Counted from the stretch's first letter, positions 33,590 through 43,912 are shown. The stretch: 61,198 bases of DNA from Planctomycetota bacterium (GCA_043775355.1 JAYVSL010000172.1:1-61198), one strand, 5' to 3'. A program made the numbers and translations. Notes: generated from the sequence alone by a model not told the origin.

Positions 33590-34252
33590 GGTCAGCGACA
33601 GGGTTCTCGGTGGGCGTTGCGAGGTTAGACAAGGGCAGTTGCCCTGGGGGGACTACGCAAACGCCTTGCCCAATTCCCACAACTCGTCGGAAGAGCCTAC
33701 CTGAGAACGGCAAAATGTGCCCGCCGCTGAAGAGAAAAACCGCTCTCGGCCGCTTACTGACGCAATCGCTGTCAGCCACTGACTACAGACTGCGGCAGCG
33801 TCAATAATGCAGAGACGACAGACTACTGGCGACAGGCCACCGGATCGTGCTGCGACGTCGTGTACACCATTGGTGATCCGTAGCCTGTGACCGGGTCGCC
33901 GGTCGCCGGTCGCTTCTCTGCTGATCATCGACCCGCAATGACGTTGCGTCAGACTTACTTCCCAACCAGTGATTCGAAATACGCCAGTAACGACGCCAGC
34001 TCTTCAGGCTTTGGGTTATTCATCAAACCAGCCAGCATCATCGAATTTTTTGTGACTCTGCGGCGTTTCGTGTGGGTTGCATCTCGTGGGAAAGCCCAAG
34101 AAGAAATAATTACTACGGGATCCTCAAGACCGAAACACGCTGTCACACTCTGTCCGGTTCCAGTCAGCCTCACCGCAAACCCACGCCTGCTGCCCAGCGT
34201 CCGCGTTAACCCGGACTTGGTGCGGCCGCTATCAAGACCATACTTCGCTGCC

Positions 34253-35212
34253 ATGCGCTATTGGCTTTTTTTTATCTGCATGATGTTGACGTGCATTGGC
34301 TGCCTCGACCAATCACGAAGCACCAAGACACTGCCCGACATTATCCGCCCTGCGGAACCCAACGCGGCTCAGGTTGCTGAAGCCGAAGCGCAGTTAACGG
34401 CTATCGACGACGAGCTCCAGCGTGCGTCATCCATGCTGCCGGCCCAACGCCTACAACACGAAATGACGCTGGAATCGCGTCTTGAACGTGCGTTGGAAAC
34501 TTCGGCTGGTACACGAAGTGAAAACAAAGCGCTCTATTATCTCGCTAATTGGCGTTATTCCTACCGCGAAGGTGAAGGCGTCGATGTTCTCCTCGATCGC
34601 CTCAATGGTTTGCCTTCACCTGCACGAAAGAACAGTGGCGTGCGTTTGCGTGTGTTGCTGTTACTGCGCCAGGGGAAAGTTGCCGAGGCACGCGCGATGG
34701 CCCAAGCATTGATCGCTGAAGTACCTGAATTTTCTCCCGTCATGGAGCGCGTGCTTTTTCACGAGACCATCGGCGCACTCGCACCGAAAATCGTCAGTCG
34801 CAGCCTCTCCGGCGGTCCTGATGAGCCGATCAGTAAACGCACGGAACCGTGGTTGTTCTATGTGTTCGTCAATGTGCTCGACGATGCCTCGTTTTTTTTA
34901 TTGGACAGATATCTGACCGCACTCGACGTTTTACCTGCAGACCAACGGCGCGTGGTATGCGTCACCTTTGAATCCAATCTGTTGAGCGCAACCAGTCGCT
35001 TACGCTCTTTCCCACGTGCGAACGAAATTGATCTGCTGTGGGCCAGTCCTGGCGAAAATGGAAATACCAAGGAATGGATAACGGCCTGGAAATTACCCAG
35101 CCAAAATCCGCACATCGCGCTGCTCGGCCCTGGTCCTGATCGCACTATCATGGCCGTCGAAGTGACACCGGATAATTTACGTACGTTATTGATGCCGAAT
35201 AAAAATAAATGA
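34253..35212 (+). CDS. lipoprotein with helical N-domain and thioredoxin-fold-like C-domain lacking CxxC (unverified)
   Basis: The in-frame ATG at 34253 gives MRYWLFFICMMLTCIGC (lipobox). The 122 codons upstream in the ORF track look non-coding. Confidence 0.55.
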   Translation: MRYWLFFICMMLTCIGCLDQSRSTKTLPDIIRPAEPNAAQVAEAEAQLTAIDDELQRASSMLPAQRLQHEMTLESRLERALETSAGTRSENKALYYLANWRYSYREGEGVDVLLDRLNGLPSPARKNSGVRLRVLLLLRQGKVAEARAMAQALIAEVPEFSPVMERVLFHETIGALAPKIVSRSLSGGPDEPISKRTEPWLFYVFVNVLDDASFFLLDRYLTALDVLPADQRRVVCVTFESNLLSATSRLRSFPRANEIDLLWASPGENGNTKEWITAWKLPSQNPHIALLGPGPDRTIMAVEVTPDNLRTLLMPNKNK

Positions 35213-35432
35213 GCTTGCCGACTCTCTGATGGTCAATGCTCCCTCATTCACCAGAGCCAATGCTGCGTCTCACTCGTGCGCTGATGCCGTGGTTTCGTGA
35301 AGATCAATTTATTTGCTACCGACGACTTAACGCAGCGTAATTTCTGCGGATAGTTGGGTGCTCGGGAATCCGGGCGCCACGGGTACATTTTTTACACTTG
35401 CCGTCGGGTCAGCGATGTGAACATCGTGTGGC

Positions 35433-36839
35433 ATGCCTACCCGCGCTCTCGTTTTCCTGGTCGGTTGGTGCCTGATTGGTTCCTTTACCGCGCTGAACGC
35501 GGGCGAGGTTTTGGACCTCGGCAGCGGCGCCACCATCGAGTTGAGCGCCGTACCGGCCGGCACCGCAACGCTCGGATCGCTGCCGGACGAAGCGGGGCGC
35601 GACAGCGACGAGGATCGTCGCATCGTGCGCATCAGCGAAGACTTCCTCATCAGCAGCACGCCAGTGACGCGCAGCCAGTTCGCCCGCTTCGTCGCCAGCA
35701 CGGTCTATCGCACCGAAGCGGAGATCGGTACTTCCGGCGGCTGGGGATTGTCCGGCGGAGCCTTAGTGCAGCGTAAAGATTTCACTTGGCGCAATCCGGG
35801 TTTTCCGCAGGACGATCGCCATCCCGTGGTGTTGGTGACCTGGGCTGACGCGCAGGCGTTCTGCGGTTGGGCGAGCAAACTGACGCGCCGCTCCGTCACC
35901 CTGCCGACCGAAGCCGAATGGGAGTACGCCGCGCGTGGTGGCAATGACGGCACTTGGAATGGCCCCGCGCTGTCGGCCCACGGCGGGACGCGTGCGGTGG
36001 GTGAGGATCCCGCCAATCCACTCGGCCTGCATGATCTTCTCGGTCACGTGAATCAATGGTGTCAGGATTGGTATCAGCCGATGTTGTCCGCCGACGCGGT
36101 GGATCCGCGTATCGATCGTGCTCCTTCGGGCGACACCGCTCGTCGTTGTTTGCGCGGTGGCTCGTTCCTTCAGACCACGCGTCAGCGTGTTGCTGCCCGC
36201 TGGCGCAACAGTCCTGGGACGCGCAACGCGGATAACGGTTTTCGTATCGTCGTACGCGCTGCTCCCGTGGTCGCAGCGGCTACCACGTTGTCACGGCCAG
36301 TGCCGGTGTTGCCGGAGGTCGAAGCCAGCGCGCCGGTGACTCCACAGCCCAACCAGGCTCTGCCGGCGATGCCGCCGATATCGTTCGTGCACGATCAGCC
36401 GACGGATTCCGGCATGCCAACGCTGATGGTGTGGTTCTTCATTATATTTTTTGGCATTGTGGTGGTGAAAATTATTAAGGCGGTGATCACGTCTCTCGGA
36501 TCATCGGACGGTGGCTCGCGCCAAGCGCCCCAACGCCAAGCGCCTCATCAAAAACCTGATCTACGCGATGACGGATTCTGGCTCGACACGCGTGCGTACC
36601 GTCGTGGAGCGCGCCTGCGCTACAAAGTCCGGCGCGATCGCGCGTGGGCGGAAGAGCAGATCGACATCACGCCGGATGCGCCACGTCAGTTCATCTACAC
36701 CGGCTTGCGACCAGAGGAGGTGGTGATCCTCGGCGTGACGGGTGGTACGATGGCACGGTCGGTGCGATCTGATCGGTCAGTGCGTGACAATGACGATTCG
36801 TCGCCGGCGTCGACCATTGGTTTCCCGTCGGCGTATTGA
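35433..36839 (+). CDS. FGE-sulfatase (SUMF1/DUF323) domain protein with TM segment and unknown C-terminal domain
   Basis: Signal peptide, then PVTRSQFARFV...HPVVLVTWADAQAFCGWASK...LPTEAEWEYAARGG...RCLRGGSF, which are typical FGE-sulfatase blocks. A TM helix (MVWFFIIFFGIVVVKII) is followed by a basic tail. Confidence 0.8.
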   Translation: MPTRALVFLVGWCLIGSFTALNAGEVLDLGSGATIELSAVPAGTATLGSLPDEAGRDSDEDRRIVRISEDFLISSTPVTRSQFARFVASTVYRTEAEIGTSGGWGLSGGALVQRKDFTWRNPGFPQDDRHPVVLVTWADAQAFCGWASKLTRRSVTLPTEAEWEYAARGGNDGTWNGPALSAHGGTRAVGEDPANPLGLHDLLGHVNQWCQDWYQPMLSADAVDPRIDRAPSGDTARRCLRGGSFLQTTRQRVAARWRNSPGTRNADNGFRIVVRAAPVVAAATTLSRPVPVLPEVEASAPVTPQPNQALPAMPPISFVHDQPTDSGMPTLMVWFFIIFFGIVVVKIIKAVITSLGSSDGGSRQAPQRQAPHQKPDLRDDGFWLDTRAYRRGARLRYKVRRDRAWAEEQIDITPDAPRQFIYTGLRPEEVVILGVTGGTMARSVRSDRSVRDNDDSSPASTIGFPSAY

Positions 36840-36843
36840 CCTG

Positions 36844-39543
36844 ATGGCCCTGGGAGACGCCGCCTCAGCCGCGAGAGATCTCGCGGTCATTATTCTGCCG
36901 GGCGAACATCGCGCGATGCAGCGCACTCGCCGTGCGGTGTACGCCCACGGTTTGACGTGTTGCGAGGCGGAGCACGCGCCGATTGGCAGCGGGTGGTGCT
37001 GGGTGCTGCGTGCTGGCTGTTGGCCGTTATCAGTGCCGCGCCCGCAGGCGAGTGCCAGTGGACGAGCGACGGCACTGATCGGCCTCGTCATCCCAGCAGA
37101 ACCCGACGCGCAACGAGATCGCTCTGCTGCCAAATGGGATGAGTGGTGCCGTTTTTCCGGCGGTGATGCAGATGAGGTCGCGCTTCCTGGCATGCCGGCG
37201 TCTGTCCTGCTCGATCCCCGTTTGGCTGATCAGTGCCGGCAATTGATCGCTGCCGGCGCGACAGTGAGCACATCAATAGACAGGATTCTGAACGATCCGA
37301 CCGTGCGCCGCATTCGTTGGAGCGGGGCCGATGTGGGCGAAGACGAACGCGTGCGCGTGGTGCAGGTCATCACCAGCCTGCAGCGCGGCGGCGCTGAGCG
37401 TTTGGCGCTCGCTCTGCATCAGGCCGTCCCGCGTACGCACGTGGCCATGCACCTCATTGTCGCGGGGGATCCCGCGCGCAGTGCGTTCCCGTTACCGGAT
37501 GACGCGTACACCTGTGCCGATGCCGGTCCACGTCCTGCGCGCATGATGGAAGCCGCGTTGATGGCCTGTCGCTTGGGTGCCGACGTGGTCCACGCGCATC
37601 TGCTCGCGGCCGACGATGTTGCCGCGTTCGCCGCGCGTGAGGTGCCGTTACTGATCACCGTTCACAACGCCAAGCCCGGATGGCCAGAGCGCATGACAAC
37701 GGTACGCGCGCCATGCTTGCTGGTGGCCTGCAGTCGTCGCGTGGAAGTCGATCTTGCTGAGCACTTGCCACAGCTGCCGCGCCGCACGGTGTGGAACGGC
37801 ATCGACCCTGGAGTGACGGAGCCGTCGCCGCAACGTCAGCGCGATGGTCAGGCGCTGCGTAAGCGCTGGAAGATTCCAACGGATGCGGTGGTGCTCATCG
37901 CGTTGGCCAACCCTCGGGCGCAGAAACGCCTGGAACTGTTGCCCGCCATGCTTCGTCCATTGCAACAGCAGATCGATCGGCCAGTGCATGTACTCCTCGC
38001 TGGTGAAGCGGGTTCCGGTCCTGGTGCGAATGAAGCGGAGTTGCTCTTCACTACCGCTGTCTCTGCCCACGGCGTCGGCGAGCAGGTTCACCGCCTTGGC
38101 ATGATCACGGATGTGGGCGCGACGTTGGCCGCTGCTGATATGCTGGTGTCGCCCAGTGCGTGGGAAGGTTTGAGCCTCGCTCATCTGGAAGCGCTCGCCG
38201 CCGGAATCCCGGTAATCACCAGCGACGTGGGCGGTGCAGCAGAGGTGGCGTCACGCCACGATCAGGTGCACGTGCTGCCGGTAGACGCCGATACCGCAGC
38301 GTGGGTACACACGTTGGCGTCTGTGACGCGTTCGTTACCGCCACGCGAAAAGCGTTTGGACGCGGCGTTCACCATCACCGCGATGGCGCGCGGATATGCA
38401 CGCCTGTACCCGCGTGCCGCAGCGCTGGCGCGCCCCGCGACGGCGCCGAAGGGACTGTGGCTGGTGAGCAACAACCTGAGTGTTGGTGGTGCTCAAAGCA
38501 GCGCGCGTCGTCTGTTGCTCCATCTGCATGGCGCCGGCATTCCTGTGCGCTGCGCATTGTTGCAGGAACAGGTGGCCATGCCCACGCCTGGTCGGCAGTC
38601 GTTGCTCGCTGCGGGAATACCGGTCCTCGTGCTGCCCACGCCGGATGAACTGGATGCCGATAGCGCCGTGGCGCGTCTAGCGCAGGCGATCGAAGCAGAT
38701 CCGCCCCAAGCCGTCCTGCTGTGGAATGTGATGCCCAAGTACAAAGTGCTGCTCGGTGAGGTGGTGCTGAATACGCCGCTGTGGGATGTCAGTCCGGGCG
38801 AGATGAACTTCTCTTCGTTGGAGCGCTTGTTCCGTCAGTTGCCCAGCGATCTGCCGCTGCGCGATGTGCGCGACTATGGGACACGCCTCGCTGGAGCGAT
38901 CGTGAAATTCGGCGACGAAGCAGCGGTTGCGACGGCGACCTTCGGCGTGCCGGTCAGCGTGATTCCCAATGGCGTCCCGCTCAGCGAGGTTGCTCGCACA
39001 CCGCGCTCATCGGGTCCGTTGGTGTTCGGCACGGCGACGCGACTGTCGCCGGACAAACGCCTGGAGGATCTCATCGATGCCCTGCGTGTGGCGGCGCCTC
39101 GTTTACCGCTATGGGAATTCCTGATCGCGGGCGGCCTGGATGGCGACCACGCCTATGTCCATCGGCTACAGGCGGCGTGTGTTGGTCTTCCCATCCGCTT
39201 CGTCGGCGAGTGCGAAAACCATCAGACATTTCTCGCCGACCTCGACGTCTTCGTCCTGATCGCCGAACCGGCGGGCTGCCCCAACGCCAGCCTGGAAGCC
39301 ATGGCCTGCGGCCTACCGGTGGTGGCGACCGCTGTGGGCGGCATGGCGGAGCAGATCGAATCCGGGGTTAGTGGCTTGTTGGTTCCGCCGCGCGATACGC
39401 AGGCGTTGGCTGACGCGCTGGTGCTGATTGCCAATGATCCGCAGCGCCGTCAACGCTGGGGAAAGGCGGCGCGAGAACGGATCGCCGATCGGTTCAGCGT
39501 CGCACGAATGGCCGACGATTATCGGCGCATCTGCTTGCGCTGA
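36844..39543 (+). CDS. tandem double GT4-family glycosyltransferase
   Basis: The in-frame ATG at 36844 lies 5 nt after the upstream stop. There are two GT-B units: VVQVITSLQRGGAERL...SAWEGLSLAHLEALAAGIPVITSDVGG and LWLVSNNLSVGGAQSS...EPAGCPNASLEAMACGLPVVATAVGG. The gene is high in GC. Confidence 0.8.
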   Translation: MALGDAASAARDLAVIILPGEHRAMQRTRRAVYAHGLTCCEAEHAPIGSGWCWVLRAGCWPLSVPRPQASASGRATALIGLVIPAEPDAQRDRSAAKWDEWCRFSGGDADEVALPGMPASVLLDPRLADQCRQLIAAGATVSTSIDRILNDPTVRRIRWSGADVGEDERVRVVQVITSLQRGGAERLALALHQAVPRTHVAMHLIVAGDPARSAFPLPDDAYTCADAGPRPARMMEAALMACRLGADVVHAHLLAADDVAAFAAREVPLLITVHNAKPGWPERMTTVRAPCLLVACSRRVEVDLAEHLPQLPRRTVWNGIDPGVTEPSPQRQRDGQALRKRWKIPTDAVVLIALANPRAQKRLELLPAMLRPLQQQIDRPVHVLLAGEAGSGPGANEAELLFTTAVSAHGVGEQVHRLGMITDVGATLAAADMLVSPSAWEGLSLAHLEALAAGIPVITSDVGGAAEVASRHDQVHVLPVDADTAAWVHTLASVTRSLPPREKRLDAAFTITAMARGYARLYPRAAALARPATAPKGLWLVSNNLSVGGAQSSARRLLLHLHGAGIPVRCALLQEQVAMPTPGRQSLLAAGIPVLVLPTPDELDADSAVARLAQAIEADPPQAVLLWNVMPKYKVLLGEVVLNTPLWDVSPGEMNFSSLERLFRQLPSDLPLRDVRDYGTRLAGAIVKFGDEAAVATATFGVPVSVIPNGVPLSEVARTPRSSGPLVFGTATRLSPDKRLEDLIDALRVAAPRLPLWEFLIAGGLDGDHAYVHRLQAACVGLPIRFVGECENHQTFLADLDVFVLIAEPAGCPNASLEAMACGLPVVATAVGGMAEQIESGVSGLLVPPRDTQALADALVLIANDPQRRQRWGKAARERIADRFSVARMADDYRRICLR

Positions 39544-39643
39544 TCTCGTATGGCGCTCGAAAAAACGCACGTCGTCATTTCGAAAACAAAGGACTTGATA
39601 GGAGCATTCGGAGATCGACAACCAGCGACACACGGAGCATGTC

Positions 39644-40426
39644 ATGAAATACACGATCATTCTCGCCCTCACCGCTCTTTCCCTTCACACCACGAATTGC
39701 GCCGATGCTGCTAAGACGGCATCCGCTTCACCCACCGTCACGTGCAAGCCAGTGATGATCTCCGCAGGCGCCGAACTTCCCGCCTCCTTTGGTTTTCAAG
39801 ATCGTCCGATGGGCCATACTCTTGGCTTTGAAATCGCTTACTTAGTTGAAGCCACCGATTTGATTGGTTTCAAGAAAGACAGCCTGTCGGTCACGTCTAT
39901 CACCACAGCGGACGGCAAAGACATCTCGAAGAAGCGCAACGGTAAGCCATCTTACGAACTTGGTAGCTTTCCCAAAACCACCGATGACGGCAAATACGGA
40001 ATTTTTCAAATTAAAGTGTCAGAGAATCAATTCGGAAAACTCGATAATCTCAAAGTCACCGGGACGGTTGTCGCCCTGACTGGTAGCGATCGCCAAACGA
40101 AGACTATCATCATGAAACTCAGCGAAGACAAAGTCGAAGAAGTCGGTGGATTGAAGATCAGTCTGAAAGCACCAAAGAGCAAGAAGGCTAACAACGACAA
40201 TACCTTCGGCGGTGGCAACAATCTTGGTGTGCACGTCGACGGCGAATTTATCAAGGTTGCCGATCTCAGCGTTCTCGAAGGCGCAAACAAACTCAAAACC
40301 CAAAGTACGAGCTGGTCTGACACCCGGAAAACCTATGACTTCGCCAAGCCCACTGGCGACACGATAACCATTGAGGTGAGCTTTTGGAACAAGTTCGGCA
40401 CGGTCACCGTTGCGATTGGTAAATGA
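39644..40426 (+). CDS. secreted Lys-rich beta-type protein, unknown function
   Basis: ACGGAG lies 7 nt upstream of the ATG. Signal peptide MKYTIILALTALSLHTTNCADA. GC is visibly lower than in the preceding block. Confidence 0.6.
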   Translation: MKYTIILALTALSLHTTNCADAAKTASASPTVTCKPVMISAGAELPASFGFQDRPMGHTLGFEIAYLVEATDLIGFKKDSLSVTSITTADGKDISKKRNGKPSYELGSFPKTTDDGKYGIFQIKVSENQFGKLDNLKVTGTVVALTGSDRQTKTIIMKLSEDKVEEVGGLKISLKAPKSKKANNDNTFGGGNNLGVHVDGEFIKVADLSVLEGANKLKTQSTSWSDTRKTYDFAKPTGDTITIEVSFWNKFGTVTVAIGK

Positions 40427-40567
40427 CCATCGCTGAACGCTACGCAGAGAAAGTGTAGACACACAAGACACACAGCCTTTGGTTATATTTCATCACCGGC
40501 CCCGTCTTGTCTGCGCTTTAGTCCTGCTTGAGATTGCCTTTGGTTTCATAGAGCAGGGCTTTCTCTC

Positions 40568-41719
40568 TCACGGCTTTTTAATCACATACGCATCCGCCAA
40601 TACGAAATGATCGGCGATGTCGAAACGTGCGCCGTAGTCTACGCGTAATTCCAATTGTTTGGCGGCGGTTAGATCAAGGTCGATCGGCTGCGGTTTTTCG
40701 CCACCGCGTACGCTGTCGCGGTTCCATGCGACTTTGCCGTCAATGATAATGCTCGCGGCGCAGTCGCCTTGATCGCCGACCAGATCGGCAATGCCGCTCA
40801 GTGCGCGGAAGCGCGTGTATTGGCCGTCGAGTTTCCAACTCAGATATGCTTGGCTGTGCACGGCTAGGCCGCGCTCGTAGCGAACGCCCGCTAAACGCAG
40901 CGGTGAACTATCCAGATTGCGATCACGTTGATATGGCCATACCACACCGAAAGCTCCGATTTCTTCCACCTTTGCGGGATCCAGTTCGCTCAGGTACACG
41001 CGTCGACCACCTTCCATGCGCAGGCGCACGGTGTCCAATTTTTTTCCTAACATCACCTGCGGTGACGCGCCGAGAGCAAAACCGTTTGCGGTTGGCACGA
41101 CACGCAAAGGCGGATGCAATTCATCAAGCGCAGCAATTAATCGTACGCCTTTTCCTGGGCGAACAGGAATCGCTAAGCGCAGACCACGGACTTGATCAAG
41201 TGCTAATTGCAGAGGCTCGGGATCGAGCGCGCTGCGCAGAATTAATTTACCTTTCACCAATCCCTCTAACCCACCAGCTATAAGACCCGTGTCGAGCAAC
41301 ACCTGGTCTTCTTTTATTTCCGCACCGGGCATGGCGACAGCGGTGCCCCAACCGCGCACGACGGTGAGCGGCAACGTCAGCGAGCCAAGAAAGCCATTTA
41401 CCGTCAGCTCATTATCCTTGGCGCCAACGGTGATGCTGGTGGCTGGCATCCACGAACCATCAATCAGCCACAGACCGAGGCGTTTTCCTGCTGTTCCAGG
41501 CAAAGTGATTCCTGCAGCATCACCAGGTTCCAGCCAATCACAGTCGGCCAGTGCGACCGTCACGCCGCCCACGGTGACAGCGGTTGCTTTCGCATCGAAA
41601 GTCAGCGCTTCACCCGTGAGCATGCGTCCATCAAGCGCCGCCACCGTCGCCGCACGCAGCGGTGATGCGATCGTCATGAGCGAACCGAGGAGAAAACCAC
41701 AAAGGATGAATGAGCGCAT
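40568..41719 (-). CDS. secreted NPCBM-like domain protein
   Basis: Signal peptide MRSFILCGFLLGSLMTIASPLRA. The C-terminus LAGVRYERGLAVHSQAYLSWKLDGQYTRFRALSGIADLVGDQGDCAASIIIDGKVAW...LELRVDYGARFDIADHFVLADAYV fits the NPCBM/NEW2 pattern. Confidence 0.65.
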   Translation of the reverse strand: MRSFILCGFLLGSLMTIASPLRAATVAALDGRMLTGEALTFDAKATAVTVGGVTVALADCDWLEPGDAAGITLPGTAGKRLGLWLIDGSWMPATSITVGAKDNELTVNGFLGSLTLPLTVVRGWGTAVAMPGAEIKEDQVLLDTGLIAGGLEGLVKGKLILRSALDPEPLQLALDQVRGLRLAIPVRPGKGVRLIAALDELHPPLRVVPTANGFALGASPQVMLGKKLDTVRLRMEGGRRVYLSELDPAKVEEIGAFGVVWPYQRDRNLDSSPLRLAGVRYERGLAVHSQAYLSWKLDGQYTRFRALSGIADLVGDQGDCAASIIIDGKVAWNRDSVRGGEKPQPIDLDLTAAKQLELRVDYGARFDIADHFVLADAYVIKKP

Positions 41720-42010
41720 GCTCGGGACGATAGAACGCTGCCGCCATCCAGGAAGTGCGGAGAAGACCTGAGCTACGACGTGAGACTTACCGCTCTCTCA
41801 GATCTCGATTCCACTCGACTCGCTGGTCAGGAAATTTTTTCAGACGTGCGTCACGAGTGAGACTTGCCGCTTCGCGCTTGGCTTCGCGCTTGGCTTCGCG
41901 CGCCTCACGCTTTGCCCTTTGCACCGTTGATTGAACTGCGTCCCTCAGCCGCGCTCCACCATGCAAGTTTCACACTAGCCGAGTTTCCAAGGCGGCTTAG
42001 ACCTTCGCCC

Positions 42011-43828
42011 GTGTTTACTGCACTGCATCCGTTGTTGTTGTGGGGCGCAGCGGCTGTGGCCGTTCCGATCCTCATCCATTTATTATTACGCCAACGACCC
42101 AAGCCACGGCCATGGGCGGCCATGCGATGGTTGTTGGCAGCAGCTCAAGCGGCTCAGCGGCGCTACCGCCTGACGAATCTGTTGCTGCTGCTTTTGCGTT
42201 GTTTGGTAATTTTATTAATCGCGCTGTGCATTACCCGACCAGCTTTGCCTGGCTTAGGCGGAGGTGATCGTCTGGTGCTGATTATCGATCGCACCGCTTC
42301 CATGGGTGCGCGTGGAAATGATCCCGGACCTTTGGCGGCAGCAAAGGCAGAATTGTCACGAGCAACTTTCGATTATCGCAGTGTCGTCGTTATTGGTGTG
42401 GCGAATGATGTGCAGCAATTTAGTGCTGGATCACCGGCCGATCTGCGCTCTGCGCTTGGACGACTTGACGTCACCGATTTACCCGGCGGCCTTGAATACG
42501 CGGCTGAAGGCGCGCTGGCGGATCAACTCAGCACCATGGTCGGAACCGCAGCAGATGTCGTGCTGATTTCTGATTTTCAACAAGACGATGGCGGTCGCAT
42601 CGCGGCGCTGCTGAAACCACATGCGCGCAGTTTAGCGCGGTTGTCTGTCGGCGATCATTCAGCAAATGCGTTGGTGGAAGGTGTTGCAACCATGGGTGAT
42701 TTGCGTCCTGATCAACCAAACGAATTCATGTTACGCGTCACTGGTCAGGCAAGTGGCGCGGCCATTGCTGCCGATGATGGTCCGTTTCTTCCGCTTGCTG
42801 GTGCATCCGTGACGGGTGGATTATTACGCATCGCCACGCCGCCATTAACGGTTGGCGATCATCTGCTGCGTGTTCGCATTGATGATGCCGGTTTAACCTA
42901 TGATAACCTGTTGGAATTGCCGGTGAATGTGCGAGCAGCGATCACCGTTTTAAGCATCGGTGAGCATCCAGATTATCTCTCAGCTTCACTCAACGCCGAC
43001 GCTACCGCATTTGCTTACAAGCGCGTCGCCGCTCCTCAGTTGGGAGGCGAGCCACTGCCTCCTCATGGACTGATCGCATTACGTGAACGCGTCGCGGACG
43101 GAAAAAAAATCGCTGACTGGGTTAATGGTGGCGGAGTTTTATGGGCAACGCACAGTTTACTCAACGAAGATCAGGCGCTGCGTCCATTGGTGGCAGCCCT
43201 GACTATCGGCGACAAACAGCGTACGGGCGGTGCTTATCGTTCAGGAGAAAAAGATCTCGACGAAGTGCTCTCCGTTGGTCAGCGCGAAAGCGTTCCCACC
43301 GTCAACCTACCGGAAAATGCACGGGTCTTATTGCGAGCCGGTGACGCTCCGCTGGTCGTGCAAATTCCCGTCGGTGCTGGCGCCGTGATTGTTGAGCTTG
43401 CTGATTTGCAGCCCACCGGCGACGAAAGTCTGCGTGCCCGCGGAACTTTACCGTTGTGGGTGAATCGCGTTGCTCGCCGAGCGACCGCCGCGCTTTCTTC
43501 ACCTGCCTTTTGGCAAGCTGGCCAGCCTGCGCCCTTCAACGCAACGCTGCAACGTGGTGCGCTGTCAATGTCGGTAAAATCCGGTGAACCATTGATGATG
43601 GCTCCTGGGGTGTGGACTCGCGCCGACCATCCTTCGGTAGTGATGTTGCCCAGTCGCTCCGAAGGCCAGCTGCAACAGGATCCGCCACGCCAGTGCGCCA
43701 AAACCTTGGCCGAAGCTTTACCGGAACGACCGGGTAGCGATTGGGGTCTGGCGTTAGCCATCGCCGCGTTGTTGCTCGCCATCAGCGAAGGTTTAGTCGC
43801 CGCGTGGGCTGGGAAGAAATATGGTTAA
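42011..43828 (+). CDS. BatA_N (N-terminal double-TM) / vWA-like membrane protein
   Basis: The in-frame GTG at 42011 gives VFTALHPLLLWGAAAVAVPILIHLLLRQRP, the canonical BatA_N start. This is followed by LVLIIDRTASM (vWA MIDAS-like) and a C-terminal TM. The ORF-track start at 41864 includes a 12-bp repeat region that is probably non-coding. Confidence 0.7.
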   Translation: MFTALHPLLLWGAAAVAVPILIHLLLRQRPKPRPWAAMRWLLAAAQAAQRRYRLTNLLLLLLRCLVILLIALCITRPALPGLGGGDRLVLIIDRTASMGARGNDPGPLAAAKAELSRATFDYRSVVVIGVANDVQQFSAGSPADLRSALGRLDVTDLPGGLEYAAEGALADQLSTMVGTAADVVLISDFQQDDGGRIAALLKPHARSLARLSVGDHSANALVEGVATMGDLRPDQPNEFMLRVTGQASGAAIAADDGPFLPLAGASVTGGLLRIATPPLTVGDHLLRVRIDDAGLTYDNLLELPVNVRAAITVLSIGEHPDYLSASLNADATAFAYKRVAAPQLGGEPLPPHGLIALRERVADGKKIADWVNGGGVLWATHSLLNEDQALRPLVAALTIGDKQRTGGAYRSGEKDLDEVLSVGQRESVPTVNLPENARVLLRAGDAPLVVQIPVGAGAVIVELADLQPTGDESLRARGTLPLWVNRVARRATAALSSPAFWQAGQPAPFNATLQRGALSMSVKSGEPLMMAPGVWTRADHPSVVMLPSRSEGQLQQDPPRQCAKTLAEALPERPGSDWGLALAIAALLLAISEGLVAAWAGKKYG

Positions 43829-43852
43829 TAATTTTCGCACGACATTCTTTCC

Positions 43853-43912
43853 TGACTTGCTAGCTACTGACTTGCTGGCTACTGACTTGCTGGCTACTGA
43901 CTTGCTGGCTTC
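43853..43912. repeat. 15-bp tandem repeat x4 (TGACTTGCTGGCTAC) in the intergenic spacer
   Basis: Copies at 43853, 43868, 43883 and 43898, with one or two substitutions in the outer copies. Confidence 0.85.

Noticed and set aside
33710-33722. Sigma-54-like -24/-12 element (minus-strand GGGCACATTTTGC) upstream of the EIDAL-hub gene
   Set aside because: The GG-to-GC spacing is 10 nt instead of the canonical 12. There is no enhancer-binding protein gene nearby. This is probably chance.
33887-34252. N-terminal 122 codons of the 441-aa ORF
   Set aside because: This part has low-complexity, Arg/Ser-rich composition. An in-frame ATG at 34253 gives a textbook lipoprotein signal peptide, so the upstream part is judged untranslated.
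36777-38744. Numerous minus-strand ORFs of 60-180 aa inside the double-GT4 gene
   Set aside because: They are Arg/Ala/Ser-rich antisense frames in a high-GC gene whose sense strand carries two complete GT4 signatures.
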